64,000 nucleotides of DNA, from contig NC_092678.1 of assembly GCF_964355755.1 (NCBI RefSeq), positions 1,070,422 through 1,134,421 on the forward strand. Reading direction: 5' to 3'. The DNA is from Antedon mediterranea (lineage: Eukaryota > Animalia > Echinodermata). The position numbers were made by a program, and so were the translations under genes. The notes beneath the pieces were generated by a model, which worked only from the letters and a program-made list of their open reading frames with translations, had not been told where the DNA came from and searched no databases. Below, in pieces: positions 26,701 to 38,700 of this stretch; the first letter of the stretch is position 1, and each line of letters starts with the position of its first letter.

Positions 26701-29700
26701 TAAGTGATTAAGTTTGATATTTGATTTTAGGCTAATCAGCCACAGTTTTCTTGAATTTTATGTTTTGATTTGATTGATTTATATTTGAAGACCATTAGAA
26801 CGCGATGAGTCGTCGCACGATTTGATGTATGTTCAATGTAACATACTATTTTTAAGTTTTGTAATTTTATTTTTAACTGATTTATGTTTGATTTACGTGA
26901 ATTTTATACCAAATTCATTTTTAATTTCATTTTTTTTAAGAGAGAGAAGAGAGAGAGTGAAAGTGATAAGGTTACACTTCAGAGTCAATGGTTTTGGCTA
27001 ACTCAATTTTTGCTTATATGTATAATAATGTTTTTTTTCTTTTATATAACTTTAATTTTGCATGCCACTATTATAACCATTTTTATATTTTAAATAGATT
27101 AGAAAAAAAAAGGGAAACAGAGGGATGTGATATAAAGATATACTTTTATATTTAAGAAATTGACCTTTGTATCGGAATTCAAATAGGTTCACAAAGTTGA
27201 CCCAGAAAGTCCAAAGGAGAGTTTGTCCAGATGTTTTAATGACCATTTAGTTTATAATAGAGTCCCTAAAGAAAACACTTAGCTTAATTTTGTGACCTTT
27301 CCCATCGTTAAACCAGGAGTGATTGACACTATTTAAGTACAGATTTGACAGTGTCATCCATCACAGAAATACCTTATGATACCGTTAATCATTCCCACTT
27401 AAACACCCCTGGATCAACTTAGGACCAATCGTTACCCTCACAGATGATGTAATGACATTATGCAAATGAACTGAGCCAATATACTCCCAAGTTTCAGAAG
27501 GGCCCAGACACACCTTACAACCACTTCTCCAGAAGCAGACCTACACACACCACACCTCACCGACAGCATCATTGATCCTCCGCGTTCCTTATCTATACTT
27601 ATAGTTGTATATTGTACTGAAGTATTATACTGAATAAATAATATATGTGTTACGACAGTCAAGCGAGTTAGAGTCTTTCATTAGTACCTCAACAACCCAA
27701 ACATTATATTACAATAGTTTGTTAGTAAAAGATTTAAATATTTTCTCTGACCCAAATGAGTCGTTATTATTTTTTTATTTAATTATTTATAGTAAATATA
27801 TCTTGATGAACTTACCAAGGCAGGCTCCTTCAACTTTTTCATAATTATCATCACATGTACAATTATATATTTGTGTATAATTCACTGCATTGCAGATACC
27901 ACTTCCGCATGGGTTTGAAGCACATGGTGAATCTACAGCCAAATCATTTATTAATTCATTGGATTTCTTAAGAGATCATCTCAATGTTTAATATACAGTA
28001 GTTAGTTAGTGTGGAAACAAACTTTGATTGAATATGGAGGGTGGAACGTGCAAAACATTATTTACAGTCTGGCCTCATACAGCAATACAAAGATCTGCAG
28101 TGCATGGACGTCAAATACTTGCTTGTATTAAGTAATATGAAAGCGTGGTTCCCACTAGAGATGCAACACAAGGACGTATGCGCACCACAAGCGAGTTGAC
28201 CAATGACAAGCCACTGTTAAAATAATCCATCGCTTGTGATTGGTCAAATCACTTACGTTGCGTTACTTCCTGGCATCCACAAAATCTTTTCCTTATGTAC
28301 AGTATCTGCAGCTTTATCAAGCAAATAATAAGTCTGTTTACTTAGCACAAAAAACAGAAGACTACAAGCTCTTGACTAGAAAACTAGTAGTGGGATATTA
28401 TAGACTGTGCAATTAAGCAAGAGCAGACAAACATTATTAACAAATAAAGGTAAAGGTTTCAGTGTACACAGCAGACATACAGGTAGTTAAACCTAAACAC
28501 TGTATCAAATACATCATAGTAAGAACTCCATCTTACCGCCACAATACAAAACACAATGTATGTTGTACATCAATTAAAGTCCATTGATTAGTCACATACA
28601 TCAATTAAAGTCCATTCATTAGTCACATACATCAATTAAAGTTCATTGATTAGTCTTACCACCACCGTACACAGCACATACATCAATTAAAGTTCATTGA
28701 TTAGTCTTACCACCACCGTACACAACACATCCATCAATTAAAGTTCATTGATTAGTCTTACCACCACCATCATATAAAACACATTCTTACAATACCTGTC
28801 ACATTAAAACTTAGTCTGTCACATCCAATACCATAATTAATACTTTCGTGACCTGTTATCTAATGAAACACAAAAAAAACACAATTCATGCACATTGCAG
28901 ATATAGATACAAGAGCTAGAAATGGAAGAGCATTACCATGAACTTGTACTGTAGGAGATAGTGTGTCCATCGCACCATCACGATTGTCGTGTATTCAGAC
29001 ATGGGTGATTGGTCTACGCGCATTGATATTGTATGTAAAATAGTATAATAGGCTGTTGTTAATAAATGCCTTGTTCACTTGTAATCCACACCTGACTGAG
29101 TCGTGTCTATTATACCAGTGTACTGTTGTGTCTTTAGCGTGTACGAAACATAACGACGATTACCTTTCAACTATGAAAGAAAATGATCTATGAATATTCA
29201 TGAAGGTTCATGCATATTAATGAGTGAACATGACACTGAGGAGACAGATCCAGGATTTTCAAACACTAAAAATTACACAAACCAGAAATGGTGTTGATAG
29301 CCTGCCGCTTACCTGGATAAACCCACGAAGTTTGAAACAATTGCGTGGAAATTAGAAAAGGGCTTATGTCGGGTTTATCCAGGTAAGCAGGCACGATATA
29401 GACAATAAGATTAATAGTTGTCAAAAGCATTATTTTCATTTTAGCTTTCTAAAGAGAATTTTGTGTCGATCCAGCCTTGATGTGCCCTGGATGTGCCCTT
29501 ATATACTAAAGATGTGACACTACCCGCGTTTACGCGTAACACTTTAGAAGCGTCAAATTATAGCGCGCCCCCTCGCTTAAACAAGTAACAAACTTTTGCG
29601 TGACGATGATCGCAGTATTCTTTAGAAAATGGGATTGAGAAGTCGCGCCAAAGTTTGTATGGTTAAGAAACAATGAATGAAAAGAGAAAAAGTGGAGGGA

Positions 29701-32700
29701 TGTACGGTGCTGCAATTAATGGTAAAAGCAATCCAAAGGGCAACCCAGAACTTAAGCTTTACAATTTTCCCAAAGACAAGAACAGGTAAATTTATGTAAT
29801 TAAATAAGTAGCCTACATCTTAACATATGCTATGTAGGCCTGGGGACTAATCTTACTTTACTGTATTCAATTTATACATATATTAATAAACTAGGCTAGG
29901 TAGGCCTATTATTAATAATTATTATTTAAACATATGAAATGATTATTATTATCATTATTAGGCTACTACTAGTACATTAGTTATATAAACAGTGAAATTA
30001 CACTAATTTCACTGTTCCCTGGTTATATTACTTATCCTTTAAAATGTAGTACCCTTAACACATTGACTGCCAAGGCATTTTCCGTAATTTCTGTCCCAGT
30101 GCCAAGTCCCGTTTACATATTAAATTACAGTTTGAAAGTGTAACATCTGGTCACAGACTATCATGATGTCATTCAAAATACGATGGCGGGAAAAACCGTT
30201 GAGACGTATAAATACGTCACTGGCAATGGTCCAACAATTTTATTGACTTTGCCAGGAACGTAAATATACGTCGGGGATTTTCCGCGCTAAAATCGGTCAA
30301 ACCTATCATCGAGAGATAAAAACAGTAAACCACACTGAATCATTTCATCCTTTATTATTTTTATTTACTATTAGCGCAATTTATGACATGTTTGAGATGA
30401 TTATATTGAGTGTGAGGGCGCCATCGTATCAACCATATTCAATGCATGAGGGAATAAACACAAACAAACATATGACATTTATTTTTAGATTATCGTTTAC
30501 GTACATCATTCATAAACTGCCATGCGATAATTCCTGTTCCAATCACCACTGCCAGCGATTCTACATACAATACAAAAGTGCTACGATTTTGACGTAGTAT
30601 TACGTCTTGGCAAGTAGCGACACGCAATTTTTGACGTATAAATACGCCGTGGCAGTGAACGTGTTAACAAACAATTTTTAAAACTTTAAATTCAAGAAAC
30701 ATTTATTGACCAAATATATATCATTACAATTGTTGGCATATAAGTAAAAATCTGGTCGAAAGACTACATTGGCATGTCGCTGTAGGCCTAGTCCCTCTTT
30801 TTACATTATACAAATAATAATAATAATACCTAATATAAACAAATTGTGATCTTGATTACTGTATTTCATGCTTTCCGTCTCATGGTGAATATTTGCTTTC
30901 TGTCTCATGGTTATTTTATTTCGTTTAATTTAACTAGCCGTTACGTACATTACAGTATATTAACGCATGAAGTGATTATTATTATCATTATTAGGCTAGG
31001 ACAATAGTTATAATAACACTATTTGTATTGTTCCCTGGTTATATTACTTATCCGTTGAGTAGCCCTAACAAACAATTTATAATTGAATCTCATACTTAAT
31101 ATTTATGAAATTCAACCGTTAGTTAGTTAGTGGTTTTAGGTTAGGCTTAAGTATTTGATTTTAGGCCCTAACCAATTTGAAAATCAATTAGCATGCACGT
31201 AGACGTCCTATAATTACGTAAACGTTAATTATGATAAAGCAAAAACTCACTAGACAATTATTAATTTACAGGTGTGCAAAATGGGCCCAGAACACACGAC
31301 GCGCGGATTTGAGAACGAAACCAAGTTCCTATTTACACCGTAATCGCCACTTGTGCAATATTCATTTCGAAGAATCTCAAATACTGATGGTCACAAGAAG
31401 ATTGTATGGAATGCATGTCCCTACAATATTTGATGTCCCAAATCCACCACACCAAGTAGTTAATGTCCTATCTATCTGTGAAAAGATTTTTGTTTCTAAC
31501 TTTAACAAATACTTACATACATCAAATCAGCAGAAAAATAAAGTTAAAAATCGCTACCATGTTACATAGATTTGGTATGAAGTTGAATCTTTGTTCACCA
31601 GCAATTGAAACATTGCTAATTGAAACGTACGTAAACCTACGCATATTCTTCAACAGAGACATAATCAGTGATAAGAAGAAGAGTAAAAAATTAATTAAAG
31701 TATCACATTTATGAGGTATGGTAACGTTGTAGGAGGTCTGTACGCGCTCCGGTCTGTGCATTATCGGCTAGAAATGATGATCATTACGACGGTCTGGTAT
31801 GATGATTGAATAATTGTAAATATGATGATTTTATTTCAATGTTTCTACATTTTTTATATTTCCTCTGGGTGGCCCGTGCATCATTTCGCAATAGTTATTG
31901 AGTTAATTTTAAACTGAGACTACTATAACATAACTAATTGTTATCTCAGGTTTTAAATAAATTATAATAATAAATGAATGTCATGGCGAATGATGGGTAC
32001 ATGTATGCCTAGTATGAATTGTCTCAGAATTGACTATCATAATCTGTTTCATATCATGCCTGTAGGCTTAAGCCTATGATTGTTTATAAATATATTCCGA
32101 AAAATTACTGCAATAAAATAGTCGAAGTAGTGATTTTAAAAAGTGACTTCTTGTTCTTTTTTAAATGTTTATAACACACTATTTGACTAATATATTTTCC
32201 TAATCTGCACTGTTTTGCTGCTGGATGAAAAAGAAGAACACATCAAGGATGATGATAAACATTCAATAATAACAACAATATTCAGTAATTAAAACAAATA
32301 GAGATATACAAAGTACAGGAAATAAGTCTATCATTATAATTTAATCGTACATTACCGTAATTATTGTGATGAAAAAAAATTGAGTATTCAGTTACAATAC
32401 AGTAGACATATCTGATCCATAAATCTCATTGTTTGAGCGAGAGGGCGCCCTATAAAATGAGCTCCATGTGTGTTACATGAATTGCACGTAAAATTCCGAG
32501 AGTGTCCCATCTTTAGTATATAAGATCTTTGATTAACATCTATTAACATTGTACTTTTACATTTATAAAACTATTTATTTAATGGTATAATGTTCCAAAT
32601 ATGTATATAGACAAGATTAATTAATTATTAAAATATCAAACAGAAAGAGAAGGTTGTTAGTCCAGTATGGTGAGATACTCTACACAGCCGCGGCCTGTGA

Positions 32701-35700
32701 GGTTGCCTCAATCTCGGTCTACCTGAACCTCCCACAAGGTCCCAGGAGGCCTAGCTTTTTACAATGTACAAAGACATTGATATATTTATTAACAGATTCA
32801 CATAAAATTGAGCTCAAGTGGGAAAAAAGATATCCTCACACCAACATTTTGTAAATTAGATATTTTATAGGAAATAATGAGAAAACTATAAAAACAGTCA
32901 ATTAAATGTGAGGTAAAATGTTGATTATGTTTCTGGTATTGTAATAAATATATATAAATATTGTGTTAATAATTTTTTAACACTTTTGGAATGTAATACT
33001 CCCAATGAAACTCTCCCAAAACCACGCTCTCCTTGATGTTAAAAAGATCCCGATTAAAATACATTCTGAATACCAGAAAGGTGTATGGTATTGTGAGAGT
33101 TGACTGTATTTATTCTTAAAATGAGTAGTTTTTATGAAAATATATTTAAAAATTTGATTGAAAATTGATTACTGACCTTTATCCGATACGTGCCAATGTA
33201 CTTATCATGAGTATAGTTTGCTGTGATTACCATTAACGTTTTATTATTGACAACAACTTCTTTTGCAAGACTGCTTCCCTATAAATAAATAGAATATTCT
33301 GTGATGTCTAACAACCTACTGAATTGGACACAGGTATGGACAACGCACATTCAGTAACACAGAGGCCTGAGGACCCTTGCTTCATAAACCCTAAGTGGCC
33401 TTCAACGCTGGAAACCTTTTTCGACATATTTTAATGCCTGTTTTTTTTCTCTGGGCACTGTTCATGGGCCTCTGGGTTTAGCCAGTGAGCGCTCATTCAT
33501 ATTCATAGCCGTTACGCCACTGTGCATATTTCATAATGAGTAATTTTGCGTCGTAACCCAGTGCTCATTCGTCTGTTCCAGACAGAGGTCGAGACTACCG
33601 GGGTAACCTACATATTCTTCCAAAAGTGTGCACAAAGCCATCCAAGGCTTTATTAGAGAAGCCTAAAATTTAAGTAAATTAGGTATTTGGAAAAATCTGG
33701 AATAAAATATTGTGTATATGTATGTATTGTCTACAACATATTTGGAGCAGTCAATTGCATATCTTGGAACTCGGATGTAAAAATTGATTAAGTGCCTCAA
33801 TTTACTCAGCAAATGATCAAAAGTAGCTGGGGGTGGACTGATATCTAAGGAAGGGCTTATACCAAGGAGTGGACTGATACCTAAGGAAGGGCTAATACCA
33901 AGGGGTGGACCCATACCTGCTTCGTCAGTATATTATTAACATTTTATGTTTATTAATACTTACATACTTTTTATTTGGACATCTATCCCTGTCACCATAT
34001 ACTTTACAAACGTGTAACAAATACTTATTAAATTTGCAAGACGGCGGTGCAACTGAAAACTGTACAATGAATCCAGCATACAGAGGTGTGACATCAACAT
34101 ACTCAGCTTTCCAATGCACGTAATCGTTATCTAGAAAAAGTACAACAAGTAAATCCAACATATTCAAAATGTTCATTCCTGAATTGTGGGAAATTTTAAG
34201 CAATAAAAGTGTACACAAATGGTATATGTATAACACATTACGTAAACAATCCACTTCCATCCAGTATTCCAGATTGATTTTCGTTTAACGTACCTCTTTC
34301 ACATATTTTCAGATCCTCTACTGGGAAGCCTGTAAAAAAAGTAAAGTAAAATTAAACGACTCTATATTAAATAATAACAGTTGTAAAATAAAGGATTTTT
34401 CTATTGGCTACATGCTGCACCAACATTATGTACATGTTATGTATAATACCATAGGCACAAATCTTAATTGTTTTTCCTTAACACAAGTTAAGCTTGGTAG
34501 GCGTTAGGGAGCTAAGAACCAGTTAGTTTAGGTCATTTAATTGTTGGACCTGGAAATCACTAAAACTGAGTTGAGGTGAAAAAAGAGAAAGCATCATACC
34601 ATACGTATTGTATTTGTTTATATTTTATTTTGATCTTTGAATTGAAAATGTCGATAAAACTGAATATATATCCACATACGTCCCAACTTTTTAAGGGGTT
34701 TGATTGAGACAAGTTTTATATTCTAAACCAGATCCTAACAAAAAAAAAAGGGGGAAAAAATGTTGAATATTTATGTTACATATGTACTATAATACTTGTT
34801 TTCTCTTTTTGGTTAAATCAATTTTACGAAATGAAACTAAACGAAATAAAACAATTCTCTGATGATGTAGTTAGTCCGTCAGTCATAAAAATTAAAAGCT
34901 ACCCACCATTAATCAAACTTTTAACTTACTAGGTACTCTAACGGTTGCATTCCACTGTGTATAATTCAGATTTTGTTGTTTTAGTGGGGTGGCATACGCT
35001 TTCATGTAATAATCTCTCTTCGGTGTTAAGTCATAAATACAATCGTACTCAAATACTATCTGCCGAATCAATCAATATCAATATTTTGAATTTATAATTG
35101 TCCAAAAAAAAGTTTCAAAGAGAAAGCAATTGAAAGAAAAGTTATCATCATTGTCACTGTTGTCATCATCGTCATTGTCATCATCGCTGTTGTCATCATC
35201 GTCGCTGTTGTCATCATCGTCGCTGTTGTCATCATCGTCATTGTCGCGCTTGTCATCGTCATTGTCGCTCTTGTCATCATATGTGGTTGTCATCATATGT
35301 GGTTGTCATCATATGCGGTTGTCATCATATGCGGTTGTCATCATATGCGGTTGTCATCATATGCGGTTGTCATTATATGCGGTTGTCATATGCGGTTGTC
35401 ATCATATGCGGTTGTCATCATATGTGGTGGTCATCATATGTGGTTGTCATCATATGTGGTTGTCATCATATGTGGTTGTCATCATATGTGGTTGTCATCA
35501 TATGTGGTTGTCATCATATGTGGTTGTCATCATATGTGGTTGTCATCATATGTGGTTGTCATCATATGTGGTTGTCATCATATGTGGTTGTCATCATCGT
35601 CGCTGAAGCATCATCGTCACTGTCACTGTTGTCATCATCGTCGCAGTTGTTATCATCGTAGCTGTTATCATCGTCGCTGTTGTCATCGTCGATGTTGTCA

Positions 35701-38700
35701 TCGTCGATGTTGTCATTGTCGCTGTTGTCATCGTCGATGTTGTCATTGTCGCTGTTGTCATCATCGTCATTGTCATCATCCTCATTGTCATCGTGGTTGT
35801 TGTTATCATCGTCGCTAATGTCATCATCGTCGCTGTCATCGCTGTTGTCATCATCGCTGTTGTCATCATCATCGTTGTCACTGTTGCTGTTGTCATCGTT
35901 GCTGTTATCATCGTCGCTGTTGTCATCGTCACTGTTGTCATCATCACTGTTGTCATCATCACTGTTGTCATCATCATCGTTGTCACTGTTGCTGTTGTCA
36001 TTATCACTGTTGTCATCATCGCTGTTATCATCATCATCGTTGTCATCATCGTTGTTGTCATCGTCGCTGTTGTCATCGTCGCTGTTGTCATCATCACTGT
36101 TGTCATCGTCGCTGTTGTCATCGTCGCTGTTGTCATCATCGCTGTTGTCATCATCGCTGTTGTCATCATCATCGTTGTCACTGTTGCTGTTGTCATCGTT
36201 GCTGTTATCATCGTCGCTGTTGTCATCATCGCTGTTGTCATCATCGTCATTGTCATCATCGTTGTTGTCATCGTCGCTCTTGTCATCGTCGCTGTTGTCA
36301 TCATCATCGTTGTCACTGTTGCTGTTGTCATCGTTGCTGTTATCATCGTCGCTGTTGTCATCATCGCTGTTGTCATCATCGTCATTGTCATCATCGTTGT
36401 TGTCATCGTCGCCCTTGTCATCATCACTGTTGTCATCATCATCGTTGTCACTGTTGCTGTTGTCATCGTTGCTGTTATCATCGTCGCTGTTATCATCATC
36501 ATCGTTGTCATCATCGTTGTTGTCATCGTCGCTGTTGTCATCGTCGCTGTTGTCATCATCACTGTTGTCATCGTCGCTGTTGTCATCGTCGCTGTTGTCA
36601 TCATCATCGTTGTCATCATCATCGTTGTCACTGTTGCTGTTGTCATCGTCGCTGTTGTCATCATCGCTGTTGTCATTGTTGTCATTGTCATCATCGTTGT
36701 TGTCATTGTCGCTGTTGTCATCGTCGCTGTTGTCATCGTCGCTGTTATCATCATCATCGTTGTCATCGTCGCTGTTGTCATCGTCGCTGTTGTCATCGTC
36801 GCTGTTGTCATCATCATCGTTGTCATCATCGTCATCTGTTACGCTTGAGTAGACACTGTATTCATTATTCGTTTCAATGTCTTTCTAAAAATTATAGAAT
36901 TGGCAGGTATGAATGAAAATTTACAGTTAGTAACATTTTGATAATGGGTGCTGGCCCTACCTGTGTGTTTCCCTTGAACGATAGGTGACTAATGCCTTTT
37001 TCAGAGAAGCTTAAATGATGGCATTCTCCCCTATTATTATCATGTCGAAACAATAATATAATTATTCCTTTTAACTTCCAGTGATAGACTGAAAAAAGGA
37101 GTATTTTAATAAAATTAACAAAGGTTGGATAAAAAGGAACATAAATATTCATAAAGGAACATGAATATTCATAAAGGAACATGAATATTCATAAAGTAAT
37201 GTATTAACAGTAGAACCCCTATTTATGAAACACCACTCCCTATTTATGCAACGTCCCTCCCTATTTATGCAACGTTCCTCCCTATTTATGCAACGTCCCT
37301 CCCTATTTATGCAACGTCCCTCCCTATTTATGCAACGCACCTCCCTATTTATGCAAGGTCCCTCCCTATTTATGCAACGTCCCTCCCTATTTATGCAACG
37401 TCCTTCCCTATTTATGCAACGTCCCTCCCTATTTATGCAACGTCCCTCCCTATTTATGCAACGTCCCTCCCTATTTATGCAACGTCCCTCCCTATTTATG
37501 CAACGTCCCTCCCTATTTATGCAACGTCCCTCCCTATTTATGCAACGTCCCTTCCTATTTATGCAACACACCTCCCTATTTATGCAACGTCCCTCCCTAT
37601 TTATGAAACACCACTCCCTATTTATGCAACACCACTCCCTATTTATGCAACGTCCCTCCCTATTTATGCAACGTCCCTCCCTATTTATGCAACGTTCCTC
37701 CCTATTTATGCAACGTCCCTCCCTATTTATGCAACGTCCCTCCCTATTTATGCAACGTCCCTCCCTATTTATGCAACGTCCCTCCCTATTTATGCAACGT
37801 CCCTCCCTATTTATGCAACGCACCTCCCTATTTATGCAACGTCCCTCCCTATTTATGCAACGTCCCTCCCTATTTATGCAACGTCCCTCCCTATTTATGC
37901 AACGTCCCTCCCTATTTATGCAACGTCCCTCCCTATTTATGCAACGTCCCTCCCTATTTATGCAACGTCCCTCCCTATTTATGCAACGTCCCTCCCTATT
38001 TATGCAACGTCCCTCCCTATTTATGCAACGTCCCTCCCTATTTATGCAACGTCCCTCCCTATTTATGCAACACACCTCCCTATTTATGCAACGTCCCTCC
38101 CTATTTATGAAACACCACTCCCTATTTATGCAACGTCCCTCCCTATTTATGCAACGTCCCTCCCTATTTATGCAACGTCCCTCCCTATTTATGCAACGTT
38201 CCTCCCTATTTATGCAACGTTCCTCCCTATTTATGCAACGTCCCTCCCTATTTATGAAACACCACTTCCTATTTATGCAACGTCCCTCCCTATTTATGCA
38301 ACGTCCCTCCCTATTTATGCAACGTTCCTCCCTATTTATGCAACACACCTCCCTATTTATGCAACGTCCCTCCCTATTTATGAAACACCACTCCCTATTT
38401 ATGCAACGTCCCTCCCTATTTATGCAACGTCCCTCCCTATTTATGCAACGTTCCTCCCTATTTATGCAACGTTCCTCCCTATTTATGCAACACACCTCCC
38501 TATTTATGCAACGTACCTCCCTATTTATGCAACGTCCCTCCCTATTTATGCAACGTCCCTCCCTATTTATGCAACGTCCCTCCCTATTTATGCAACGTCC
38601 CTCCCTATTTATGCAACGTTCCTCCCTATTTATGCAACGTTCCTCCCTATTTATGCAACGCACCTCCCTATTTATGCAACGCACCTCCCTATTTATGCAA

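Larger units (their letters stand above)
19242..27713 (+). mobile_element. Full-length Ty3/Gypsy LTR retrotransposon (8472 bp), antisense within a receptor A intron
   Basis: 588-bp LTRs 19242-19829 and 27126-27713 (TG..CA, no differences seen), 4-bp TSD ATAG (19238-19241, 27714-27717), PBS-like TGGTGGAAGA at 19830, polypurine tract ending 27125, gag and pol with PR-RT-RH-IN order. Confidence 0.97.

Noticed and set aside
26224-27125. env gene of an endogenous retrovirus
   Set aside because: No sizeable ORF with signal peptide or TM; T-rich non-coding sequence.
35130-36852. Ser/Leu, Val/Ile and Met/Thr-rich long ORFs (mucin-like stalk?)
   Set aside because: Trinucleotide-derived repeat; the flanking exons join in phase without it.
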